Of a DNA stretch of 42,721 nt, positions 31,273 through 42,721 are shown piece after piece (within the stretch, counting starts at the first letter, position 1; each line of letters begins with the position of its first letter). Made by a program: the position numbers and the translations under genes. Source of the DNA: Ascoidea asiatica JCM 7603. Taxonomy: Eukaryota; Fungi; Ascomycota. Under the pieces are notes generated by a model. That model did not search any database, was not told the origin of the DNA, and worked only from the letters and a program-made list of their open reading frames with translations. The stretch covers positions 123,417-166,137 of the forward strand of contig BCKQ01000023.1 in NCBI GenBank assembly GCA_001600695.1. Direction: 5' to 3'.

Positions 31273-32718
31273 TTACCAACCGAAAAGTAACCATCCTATT
31301 ATAGCTGATCCCATTCCAATTAAAACATATTTTTCTTTCTTTGCATCTTTATCTTTAATTTTTTGATTTTCTTCAATTGAATTAACGTTTTTAATTTCTT
31401 TGATATTAGTGTCTAATTCTAATTCCTTGATTATTTCTTTTTTCTCTTCTTCTATGATTTCCTCTTTAGACAATTCTTCTTTTATTTCTTTATTTAATCC
31501 TTCATTCAATTTACTATCAACATTATCAGCTTTGAATACAATATTCTCATCTATATTTTTAACTTCATTATCTTCAATTTTTTCCATATTCAAATTATTT
31601 CTCTCGCTTTCCTCATTTTTTTTTTCCATTATATCATATTCTTTAAGTAAATTATCTAAATCATCTTTACTAAATCTTGGAAATTCTTTTTCTTTATTAT
31701 CTTTGAATGTTGGTAAAACATGTTTATCAAATACGTAATTTTTTTTATAAATATTATTTTCAGCCGGATTAACATTTTTAAATTCTGCTTCTTTTTGTTT
31801 TTGTATTTGTTTTTGCTTTTCTTCTTCTTTTAATTTATTACTTTCAAATTCTTTGATTATTTTATCTAAATCTTCTTTTGAAAATTTTAAAAATTCTCCT
31901 TTTGGTAAAATATGTTTATCAAATACATAATTCTTTTCATAAATATCATTTTTAGCAGGGTTAACTTCTTTAAACTGAAGTTCTTTTTCTTTTTCTTTTT
32001 CTTTTTCTCTATCATTTTCATATTCTTTAATTAATTTATCTAAATCTTTTTCCGAATATTTTGAAAATTCTCTATTTGGTAAAGCATGTTTATCAAATAC
32101 AAAATTTTCTCTATAAATATCATTTTTAGCAGGATTAACTTCTTTAAATTCAGGTATATTTTTTCCAATTAATTCATTTTCTTTAATCATTTCATCAATT
32201 TCTTTTTTAGAAAATTTCACAAATTCTTTATGTTTTTCATCTTTATTATTAAATTTTGGTAATTTATGAAAATCAAAAATATAATTTTTTTTATAAATAT
32301 TATTTCTAGCAGGATTTACTTCTTTGAATTCACTTTCTTTACTTTCATTTATTTTTTCATAAATTAATGGTTTAAAAACTTCATTATTATAATATTCATT
32401 TTTACTAGGATTAACATCCTTAAAATTGTTTAATTCTTTCTTAATGCCAGTCTTATTATTATTATTACTATTATGATTATTATGAAATTTAATTGAAACT
32501 CCTTGATTATTTTGACTATGATTAGCACTGATATTTTTATTTACAACATGGGAATCAATAGAATTGTGAGAATTGTGAGAATTAATATTTGCTTTTTCTT
32601 GGTTTAAAAAACGATTTAATCTTGAAATCAAAAGCTTTTTTTTACCAGTTGGATCTAAACCTTTTTTTTTGCATTCTTCTTTAAGAAGTTTTACTGTCAT
32701 TGTCTGATATGATATCAT
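31273..32718 (-). CDS. SAP-domain protein with five internal repeats and a C-terminal membrane anchor (loosely Aim34-like architecture)
   Basis: N-terminal MTVKLLKEECKKKGLDPTGKKKLLISRL matches the SAP motif; FK(E/D/N)VNP..N.IY..N(Y/F).FD.H.LP..EF.K(F/Y)SK.D.D..IKE repeats; C-terminal YVLIGMGSAIIGWLLFGW TM segment. Confidence 0.8.
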   Translation of the reverse strand: MISYQTMTVKLLKEECKKKGLDPTGKKKLLISRLNRFLNQEKANINSHNSHNSIDSHVVNKNISANHSQNNQGVSIKFHNNHNSNNNNKTGIKKELNNFKDVNPSKNEYYNNEVFKPLIYEKINESKESEFKEVNPARNNIYKKNYIFDFHKLPKFNNKDEKHKEFVKFSKKEIDEMIKENELIGKNIPEFKEVNPAKNDIYRENFVFDKHALPNREFSKYSEKDLDKLIKEYENDREKEKEKEKELQFKEVNPAKNDIYEKNYVFDKHILPKGEFLKFSKEDLDKIIKEFESNKLKEEEKQKQIQKQKEAEFKNVNPAENNIYKKNYVFDKHVLPTFKDNKEKEFPRFSKDDLDNLLKEYDIMEKKNEESERNNLNMEKIEDNEVKNIDENIVFKADNVDSKLNEGLNKEIKEELSKEEIIEEEKKEIIKELELDTNIKEIKNVNSIEENQKIKDKDAKKEKYVLIGMGSAIIGWLLFGW

Positions 32719-34013
32719 TTCTCAATTTCAATTTCACTTTTAATTTTAATTTTATTTTCAAATTCAATGTATTCAATTTCCAATTTCTAATTTCTAATTT
32801 TTCTCCCTTTAAATATTTACTCTATATTCTCTAGAGTAAAAATAAGAATATAACAATATTAATTTTTGAAACCAGCTAATTATGCTTATACAATACTACT
32901 TCTATAAGTGAGGTCTGATTTCTTTTCTTTTACTGCTTCTTAATTAAGCATAATTGCATTATTATAAATTATATTAATTGAATTGTTATTTTTTATTGCA
33001 TTAAAATCCGTTGGATGAATCTGTTAGTAAAACTTTTTCCCGGTTCCCGCACGCTGATTGGCCAGTTTTTGGAACAAATGACTTCATGCTGAAAAATCAG
33101 TATCAAAATGGAAATAAACAAAAGAATTTACTTCTCTTGAATCTGTAAAAAACAATCCAGGTTATAATTGAATTGAAATGAATTGAATTGAAATGAAATG
33201 AATTGAAATGAAGTGTTTGATGTCTTATAAAAAGTGTAGTTTAGTACCTTGAAAGAGAGCCAGGAAAGCTTTTTGAAATGAGGTACATGGAGCAAAACTT
33301 CCCATATCGAATAGATAGATTAGAATTTTTATATTTCATTTTCTCATATTCTTATATTTATTCTGCTTATCGGGGAAAGTGCTATTAATCAGTTTATGAA
33401 ACAAAAGCTGACCAGGTAATATAAGATTGTAAGATGAAAGTGTCTCTTTTTTTTTTGATTGAAACAATAGTAGTTCAGTAAATCTCATTAAAGGTTATTA
33501 CAGTACTGATTATTACTCAGATAATGAATATTGTATAATGAGTTTATTAATTTATTTATATTTTAAGGATATATGACTTCATTCCTTACAAAATTAATGA
33601 TTTTATTTTTTACTACTTAGATCAAGTTGTTCAAATGTCTTAATTTATCAAAGGTATTTTAATATTCAAAGAGAATAATCATAATGATTGTATGAATTGA
33701 TGAATTGACGATAAGAGAAGCTTAATCAAAAAGGTTCTTGAAATGAAGGATTGAAATCTTAAATTTACTTTTACAATTAATTTTTCTTATAAATTATATA
33801 AATATAACTAAAACTATCTATAATTCAATCGATCTTTAACCTTTTTTATCAAAAAAAAAAAGAAAGAAGAATTATAAGTAGAAAAACACAATAACAATAA
33901 CAATAATAATAATAATAATAATAATAATAATTTACTTATTTCAATTGTCAAAACAGTTCAAATAAGAGAGAAAAAAAAACCTGTTCAAATAAAACCAAAA
34001 TTGTTTTAAAAAA

Positions 34014-34235
34014 ATGAGTTTTACAAGAGAAGATTCCCCAGAACAAGTATATGAAGAAGAAACAGTTCGTAGAGGTGCAATTCCAATTGATTTTACTCCA
34101 GCTCCTGGTCAATATTGGAGATGTTGCCAATGTTATGCTGAAACAGTTTCTGTTCTTCCTTGTGATCATTGCCCTCATAAAAAATGTTTTCATTGTCAAG
34201 TTTATTTAGATCCTTCAAGAAATAAAAGATATTAA
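34014..34235 (+). CDS. Small Cys-rich putative zinc-binding microprotein, family member 3 (73 aa)
   Basis: YWRCCQC-YAETVSVLP-CDHC-PHKK-CFHC; aaaaaaATG context; host-like codons. Confidence 0.75.
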   Translation: MSFTREDSPEQVYEEETVRRGAIPIDFTPAPGQYWRCCQCYAETVSVLPCDHCPHKKCFHCQVYLDPSRNKRY

Positions 34236-37200
34236 TTGAATCTGAGAATTATCAGCTTATTGTTTATATTTCTTTTTAAACAATTATTTCATTTTAATTC
34301 TTATTCTTACAATTTTTCAAAAATATTTCTAGTAAATTTTTTTATAATCTTTTTTTTGTTTTTTTTTCTCAAATAATATTTATATTAACCGTTTTTTAGT
34401 CATTAAGTTCATTATAATATTTAATATAAGTCTTGTAGATATTAATTTCATTAATTTGATATTAGTTTGTGTCTAAATAAAATCCTTATTTCAAAAATTG
34501 ATAGATTTTTACTAGATACATATGTAACAGACATATTATACTACAGTATATATAAAATTGAAGATTCCAAATATCAAATATATTCCTTAAAAAAAATGTG
34601 AAGCAAAGGATTTAAAAAGTAAAACAAAATTAGTTGAAGATAATTAGTTAAATTAGATTAATTTGATTGGAGAACCCTTCAAAATTATTATTTTAAGAAA
34701 TTAATCTATTTGTTTGAACTTTATGTTCTTGTTTAAAAAAAAAAGAAATCATAACTAACCATTTCCTTGACTTTCTTTTTTTTTTTTTTTATCTCCACTG
34801 TAGATAAAAAAAAAATAAAGTAAAATTGTACAAATTTGAGAATTATTTAATATATCTTATTTTGGATAAAAGGCATTTTTTTTAAAAAAGATTAGTTAAT
34901 TTAAATTAATAAAATATTGAAACAAACAGCGAAGTAATCAATTCATTTTTAATTACTTCTTAAGTATATTACAACGATTATACTTAAAAAAAAATAAAAA
35001 CATAATTTTGAATAATATTGACACACAGTAACTTTTAAGAAAAGGATTCGAGTCAAAAATCTAAGATTTAATAAAATATCGTTTCAAAACGTTCTTTTAA
35101 TATTAAAATATAGATTATTCTTGATAATGCAAAAAGTAGCTTGGTAATGTGAATTGTCGCTATTACGCCAGCGATTCGCAGTTTTGTAAGAAAGTGAAAA
35201 AAAAAAAAAAAAAAAGGATAATGAACAGCGAATTTTTCATGAAAATCAGAAGGAAATTTAAAAAGCGATTTGAAAAGCAATTTGTAAGAGAACTTGAAAT
35301 GAAATTTGGCCTTATTCTCTTAATAAATCTCATTTAAGTATCAAATAATAATATTCATAACAGATAGCATTGTAGAATACAGAGAATTATAACCTGAAAT
35401 ACAGAAATGCAACTACATTCGTCTTTTCTATAGTTAAAATCCAAACCAGCTTTTTTTTAAGTTAAACTGTAGTTCCTGCAGCTTGATCCATTTTGATCTG
35501 AAATGATAATTGATTTTACTCTCGGACCTGTACCAATACTGGCTTTTAATTTGGCTTTTGAATTGGCTTTTGATTTATTTCTCAAATGGAATTTGAAATG
35601 ATGTAAAATTGATTTCTATAACAAAGCATCATTCCCCAAAGTTCATCCGAGTAATTTGGAACTTCAATTCAGGCATCTCCAAGATATGATTGCTTTCCTA
35701 TCATCATTTAAATATAAATTCCCTATAATTTTTATAATATTTAATAGCAATTGCAATTGAAAGCATAGAAAAGAGAGCAAATGCTGTTAGATTCATTGGA
35801 ATTCATTTAACGTTATTTGCTTATTTATTTATTTATTTATTTATTTATTTTCTGTTTGTGTTTGCTTCTTTCCGGATAAGCACCGGATGGCACCGGCTAC
35901 AACCAAAACAACCAAAACAACCAAAACAATCAAAACAATCAAAACAATCTGCATTTGATCGAGTTGATAGAAAAGTAATCATTTTCATCATCATCATCAC
36001 TATCATTGTCCTCCTTTATCACTATCATTATTTTCTTCATCATCATCATAATCAATGGGAAGATGAGCTGGAAAACAGACTGAAAAGGAGCAGGAATCAA
36101 TCAATGCAATTACAAAATAGTCCAAAACCGCTTTCTTCAATAATCTTCTTCCAAAAAGGTTTATTCCTTCTCGGGGGCTATACAATTCAGTCATTATCAG
36201 AAATCTCCAGAGAAATTTATTATTAAACTTTAGCGATGCTCAGGGAAATCATAAAAAATATATTAAAAATTATTTAATTTCAGGTACTTGCTTATCAAAT
36301 TTAATCCAACTAGGTCATGGATCAAAATATTGGAATGTTATTAATTCAATTTGAATTATTTTAAAACAATTAATTAACTATCTTCATTTAAAAAGTATTT
36401 CTTTCAATTCAATTAATACTCAATTATTATATTCAATTATTATATTCAATAATCAATAGAATAAAAAAAGTCAATTTCTATTTATCCATACTTAAAATCT
36501 TAGAAATTTTTATAGTATAAAATATAAAATATAAAATATAAAATATAAAATATAAAAGAAAAAAAAACCTTATTTATTAGAAAGTAATGAATTTAAAATA
36601 ATTTAATTTTTACATCATTATACATCTTCAAGATTTGTATCACACAACTATTAAATACTGTATATTCTTAGTTTCAAATTTAATATTAAATATTACTTAA
36701 ATTATTCCAAAAAAAAACATTTTACAAAAAATTCAATATAAAAACAGATTCTGCTTTTCAAATTTTAAAGATATTATTGTCTTATTTATTTACTCTTTTC
36801 ATTATAAATATCAGAGTTATAAATTAAGTAATTAATTTTCCAATAAATATATTCAAATAATTAACTTATCTAATAATCAATAATCTTTATCTTCTTACTT
36901 AATTGTATTCTGAGTCGGTTGTTTTAATATTAATATTTTATTTATTTTTTTTTAATCTACTGTATTCTTTTCAAAAAAAAAAAAGTCATTCATTATAATC
37001 ATACATATTTTATAATTAAAATAAATTAGAAAAAAAAATATATATTTAATTAAATTTATTCCCTTTTAAAAAAAAAAGTATAAATCAGATTCAATTTATC
37101 CTTTCTTTACTTTTCTTTTCTTTTCTTTTTATTCTCAGTAATCAAAAGAAAAATTAATTCAAAAATTACTGACTTCAATCATCTCAATTACAATCTCAAT

Positions 37201-37255
37201 AATATTATATTTATATTTATATATATTTCTATTTCTATTTCTATTTATTTAAAAA

Positions 37256-37408
37256 ATGGGTCTTAATCTTATCAATTGGACATGTTGTTTTTGTGGTAAA
37301 TATCCAAATCCAGGTGGTATTAGAAATTGTTGTAGATGTAATCATCAAAATTGTACTAATTGTGCTTTAGTTATGGTTGATCAAAGTAAAAGAAAAAAGA
37401 GTAAATGA
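37256..37408 (+). CDS. Small Cys-rich putative zinc-binding microprotein, family member 4 (50 aa; below the ORF-track cutoff)
   Basis: Manual translation: MGLNLINWTCCFCGKYPNPGGIRNCCRCNHQNCTNCALVMVDQSKRKKSK*; aaaaaATG context; a GC-elevated island in an extremely AT-rich region; basic C-terminal tail. Confidence 0.75.
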   Translation: MGLNLINWTCCFCGKYPNPGGIRNCCRCNHQNCTNCALVMVDQSKRKKSK

Positions 37409-38281
37409 ATTATTTCAAAATTTCATTTTCTAAAACTTTTTTTTATCTACATTATTATTATTATTCTTATCAGTATTATATAGTATTATACTAAATTATA
37501 TTATATTATATTATATTATATTATATTATATGACTCATTTTTTCAAATTTCATTTTCATTTATTTTACTTATAATTAGTTTACATTTTTTATTTCAATTA
37601 ATGCACTTTACTTTTTTAAAAAAACATTATCAAAGATTATCAATGTGTAAATTAAATTTAATTTTAACTAAATACTATAGCAACAGTAATAGTAATTTCA
37701 AAAATAGTTCATTGTTTTGGAAACAAAATTCCTAAAAACGTTTGAATTAGTTCAATGATTGCATATTAAATTCATCCCTACAATATTTATTAAATTGTCC
37801 CTGTTGTTACTTCTAGTCTTAGATTAATTCAATTTAGATATTATTTATTTAGAGTCAATACAAAAAATAAAATCCCAAATATAAAGTTGAAATTGATTTT
37901 CAATTGAAAACTAAAAATTCATGGCTGATTTTGAAACATTCAAATCTTTTTTCAAAATAATATGGTTTCTAATTAAAAATTCATTCAAACAAACCAATTG
38001 TGAGTTGATGATTTAAAGTCATATAAAATTCATAAAACTTTTTATTTAGTTAGAAATTTTCTGTTCTTTTGCATAAAATGAAAAAAAGCATCATAACGAA
38101 AATTCCACAGAGTGAAAAACATTTAAATACGATTAAACCAAATATTCTCGAAGAAGTCAGCCCAATTATTCACAATTTTTCAAAACCAATGAAGCAGATG
38201 AACGAATAAAAAAAAAAAAAAAAAAGGTTTAAAAAAACTTTTTTTAGTCAGAAAACACAAATTTGGTCAAAATAAAAAAGA

Positions 38282-38362
38282 CGACAACAGCAGGACTCGA
38301 ACCTGCGCGGGTAAACCCAAAAGATTTCTAATCTTTCGCCTTAACCACTCGGCCATGTTGCC
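38282..38362 (-). tRNA. tRNA-Ser(AGA), identical to the copy at 15011-15091
   Basis: Same 81-nt sequence; T-run terminator downstream. Confidence 0.97.
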
Positions 38363-40984
38363 ATTTCAGTGGCTTTTTTTGCCTTGACTTGTTTGGTACT
38401 AGCTTTCAAGCTGTGTTTGTTAGAGTTGATTACGTAACCAGCGTTTAATCAGTGAAATGCCAGTGAAATTGAAAATAAGCCTAGAAAAAAGGAACTGCAC
38501 CGATGAGATAAAGATTTTGGAGACTGAACTATTTTATAACTCTTTGTTTATTCTCATATTGAAAGTATTTGAAAATAGATTATCTATCAGAAGCAACAAC
38601 AATGTGTTCTTTTATATCCACTATCCTTTAGCCAACAATATTCTTCATTGTAATGAAAGTTTCTAGAATGTTGTTATTAAATTCATTGCTTACTCACTTC
38701 TCTAGATTTATTGTTTCTTGAATTGCTATATTTCAGATATTCTGAAACAGGTTTGATTACAGCTGCTCTTTTTTCTCAATTAGTTTTTAAACTAATGCTT
38801 TTGCCTCAAATATCAGTTTGTATAACAAATTATTGTATGCTGAATGATATTTTTACTATTAGATAGCTTTATGGTTATATACTTCATATTTCTTATATAT
38901 GAGAGGTAATTGCTTTTTTAATGGTTATCTGAAGGCTAAAACAAAACAAGGGCGGTTAATGTTATTATTAATGAAATTGAAATATTTTATAAATTCAAAA
39001 GGATTAGAATCACTTTGATTGTGATTTGAATGAATTTTGGAAATTGGTTTCTTTAATTTTAATGGATATTTCCTTCATTATTTGTGAATTAGTAATTGAA
39101 AAAGAACCTATGAAAAAAAAAAAGATCCCATTAATAGGCTTTTAATACTAAATATCTTTAAATTATTCTTATGTTAGTTAATTTCTGGAATATTTTTTAT
39201 GATATTTGTAATATACTAAGAATATATTAAGAATAAGATAATGCTTGAGAAATATTGAATAGATTTTTAATAATTATAATATTACTATTAAAATACTATG
39301 CACTATAGTACTAAGTAAAAAGTTAAGCATATTTTTAAGAAAGTTTTTTTCTTGGATTTTCTGGGATTATCAGTTATCTTTGTATAAAGAATTTTAGATT
39401 GGAAAGAATAAAAAAAGGGATAAATGCGATAGGATTATAAAAATGGATTATACAAAATACTGAAAATGAAAGTGTAAGTCTACAGTAATTCTTTTCAACT
39501 TTTATCAGTGAAAGTTTTACAATCATTATAATAATTTCCACTCTATTAATGTTTATTAAGTCTCGTTTAAGTAAAGAAAAGCTGACTGTTTTTTAATCGT
39601 TCTCTTTTTTATTTGAAAAGAAAATTAAAACTGAATAGTTAAAAAAAACAAAATATTATAAAAATTATAGGTCATATTTTTGTCTCTGATTAATATACCA
39701 CAAAATAAGATTCGTCATTTTATTTTATATAATGGACTTAGCAACAGCAGTATTCAGTTGCAATTTCACCTTTGCATAAATAAAAATTACCTAATCACTT
39801 TATTAACAGAATATTTTCACAAAATAATTTGAATCTGCAAAAAACAGTGTAATCAGAATTATGATATTTCAAAAAATCACTAGGTTATTAATGACAAAAC
39901 TTTTAATAACAATGAATCTTTAGTTTTTTTGCTCCTACAGTGATGTTCTTGTTTACTATGAATCTGAAAAGAAAAACATAATCTCTAAAATTTTTATTGC
40001 AGCTTTCAAATAGGCTTTAGAATATCTCATTAGAGTCAGATTTAATGCTTGCCATTTATTAATATTTCATGAATTTAAAAAACTAAAATATGAAATTTTT
40101 GAGAAAATTTGTATTTATTAAAATATTTATTTTATTATTATTTTCGTGTATGCAAATGATAAAATAATGAAATTCTGTATTGGAATATCAACTAGTAATG
40201 GTATTGAAAACAAAGATGATTTTTTTTTTTTTTTCAATCCTTTATGAAAATTAGTCCCAACTAGTTAAAGTTAGTACCTATTTTTCTGTAAGGCTTTGAA
40301 TTTTTCTCGTTTTCTTTTTCCGTTTTTTTTTTCTTTGGTACTTTTACGCTGCCTAGATGAAAAGAAAAAAAAAAAACTAAACAAATATTATTTATAAACA
40401 ACCACTTTGTTTTTTACTATTACTAGTAGCACTAATAGCACTATTGGTAGCAATAGTAACAGAAAAAGTCTTATAATTAGTTTTATAATACTGTAATATA
40501 ATGCTGAGTGATAATTTTCTTTTGAATATAAAAATTTTATTGGTTGAGAATGAATATAGAAATTGTATTTCTTTAAATATTTGGTACTAAAACTTTTCTA
40601 GACGGAGTTAAATCAAATAATTTTAATTCTCTAAATGGAATTTTTTATTATGGTTGGATTGAATATAACGTTAACTGAATAAATTGGTACTATTACTAAT
40701 TTCAATTTTGTTTATGGACCTTGTTTTTGTACAGTATTACTTTGCAAAAAAAAATTTATCTATTCTTCTTCTATGAAAAGGAATTTTCTCTGATTTTTTT
40801 CTTAGTCTTTTCTCAGAAAAAAAGGAGTATAAAAAAGTGTATAAAAGGACATTGAAATCACTGTTTAAATTTGAAAAATAATTGTTTTTTTATTATTCAA
40901 TAAAGATTAATTAGTGATATATAAGCTTTATTTATTAAATTATCAATATTTATATAAGAAAAATCAAGAAAAATCAAGAAAAAA

Positions 40985-41398
40985 ATGGCTAGTAAAATTG
41001 AACAAATTAGAAATAGTATCCAAGAGATTGAAAGTAGAAATAATGGAATATGCTTAAGTGTTTACGACCTTCGTAAAAATCGGTATGCTGGATATGGAAA
41101 AGATAGATTATTTGATATCATGGGAATGAGAAATGTTGATACTATTAAAACAATAATGGCAAGTCCACCAGAAAGATATACAATTGCAACTTTACATGAT
41201 CCAGAGGATGGAATTAGACAATATTATACAATTTATAAAAAATATTCAGAAGAATTTTTAACTGTTTTAGCTATTGATCCATTTGGATTTGCTTGTAGTA
41301 GAACTGATGATTATATGTTTGTTTTATGCTTTACTGATTTAACTCATATGGAAGATTATGTTATAATTATTGCTGATCTTATTTCAAAATATTTTTAA
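40985..41398 (+). CDS. Hypothetical 137-aa protein, possible divergent profilin-like fold
   Basis: aaaaATG start, upstream TATAAAA boxes, host-like codon usage. Size and alpha/beta pattern fit profilin, and GFACSRTDDYMFVL resembles the profilin GVVCVRTKQTVII segment. The CDS is credible; the fold call is tentative. Confidence 0.7.
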   Translation: MASKIEQIRNSIQEIESRNNGICLSVYDLRKNRYAGYGKDRLFDIMGMRNVDTIKTIMASPPERYTIATLHDPEDGIRQYYTIYKKYSEEFLTVLAIDPFGFACSRTDDYMFVLCFTDLTHMEDYVIIIADLISKYF

Positions 41399-41789
41399 GA
41401 TATGCTTCAATTATTGTCTTGATCTTAGATCTTTTTAAATCATTATATTAATGATTTTCATTTAATCTCAATTGTTTTTATTGTCGTAACTCATATTTAT
41501 ATTATATTATATTATATTATATTATATTATATTATATCATATTATATCTATATACTACTTATATAACTTATATATCAATTCTATATTATACTTATATTAT
41601 ATCAAAACATTTACAGCTTTTCAATGTAATAAACCTTATAGCTTCACGAAGTTTCAAAAGTTAGTATGTATCAAAAATATAAATCAAAAGATGAAGAAGT
41701 TGAATTGCATAGTATTCAAATTAGGATAATAAACAGATGATAATTCGAGAACTTCCAGAACGTTTTTACTGGTCTAATTCCACAGATTT

Positions 41790-41805
41790 GCTGATTTAGC
41801 TCAGC

Positions 41806-41838
<33 letters not shown>

Positions 41839-41862
41839 TGTGTTCGATCCACAGAATTAGCA
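41790..41862 (+). tRNA. tRNA-Phe(GAA), intronless
   Basis: GCTGATTTAGCTCAGCTGGGAGAGCGTCAGACTGAAGATCTGAAGGTCCTGTGTTCGATCCACAGAATTAGCA followed by TTTTTT. Confidence 0.97.
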
Positions 41863-42721
41863 TTTTTTATATTTTTTATATTTTTTATATTACAATATTT
41901 TCTTTTTTTTATTTTCTTCAATGCTTTCATAAAAGAGAAAATCAATTGCGATACGTGAATACTGATTTAAGAAGTAATATTTTATTTCAATTCCTACAAT
42001 ATTAGTAGTAGAAGTGTATTATTGTGCTTTATTCAATTTGATGAAATCTATGAGTAGCCACTCGTACTCAGTTTGAATAATGATAATCACGATAATCATG
42101 ATAATGATAAAGATAATCAGTTTGTAGTTAATAGGTTTCAAGACAATCTATCAAACTGCGTTCATTAATACTGTACTCTCAAAAGAATTATCTTTCCTAC
42201 GATAGTTTGTTTGAAATTATAAAAAAAATAAACATTTATTATGATAAAGAACTTACAATCAATTAATTTTAGAAACAATAAATTGAATAAAATTGGGTCA
42301 AATTATATTAAAAACATGTTAATTATCATTCATTCTTTGAATTTGAAATCTTACACGCTATTTTAACTTAGTTTCAAAAAGCTCTCAATTCAATTTACAT
42401 TAAAAACATTAAAAACATTAGAAACATAATGAAAATTCCATGAAGTAACGTTGTAATGAAATATCAAACCATGTGTTGTTGCTCAAATTCTTGAAGTTAT
42501 TTGATTATCATTAGATTCAAACAAGTTATTATTAATCAATTTCATTTTTATGTAAATCTAACTTGTATTGAAATCAATAATCTACTCGAGTAATAAATAG
42601 TATGTAAAAGAAAGTTTTTAATAACATTTGTTGTCTGGGGTGAGATTTCGAAGGCACGCTATGAATAAAATGAAAACATTTATCAAATTGTTAAGTTTTC
42701 TAACTTTATCAATCAAAATTG

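Noticed and set aside
35858-36226. 122-aa ORF
   Set aside because: GTG start; built from microsatellites (CCAAAACAA, CAT repeats); no coding signature.
39741-39778. Minus-strand CKGEIATEYCCC* as a possible fifth microprotein
   Set aside because: Stop codon immediately after CCC; motif incomplete.
42629-42721. TGTTG... start of a possible LTR near tRNA-Phe
   Set aside because: No second copy, terminal CA, PBS or TSD visible within the window.

Overview
AT-rich budding-yeast (Saccharomycotina) chromosomal segment with poly-Asn-rich, apparently intronless genes. The composition suggests an Ascoidea-like yeast, but that is inference only. Conserved genes: a Hap1-like Zn(II)2Cys6 factor with Cys-Pro heme-type motifs (minus strand, runs off the left edge, missing from the ORF track), ATE1, GET5/MDY2, REB1, PSF3, two divergently transcribed ATO/ADY2-family transporters sharing a near-identical ~660-bp core, STR3 and RSP5. 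Five tRNA genes are present: 2x Ser-AGA, Leu-CAA with an intron, and 2x intronless Phe-GAA. The main unexplained signal is a dispersed four-member family of 46-73-aa microproteins (16625+, 20380-, 34014+, 37256+) that all carry [WF]-x-C-C-x-C-x9-11-C-x2-C-x-[HN]-x2-C-x2-C, a probable two-zinc module, with otherwise divergent sequences. Also notable: a tandem pair made of an Rnq1-like prion-domain protein and a short paralog sharing its helical motif, a SAP-domain tail-anchored protein with five internal repeats, a possible highly diverged profilin-fold protein, and six direct copies of ACTATCCAACTAG between STR3 and RSP5.
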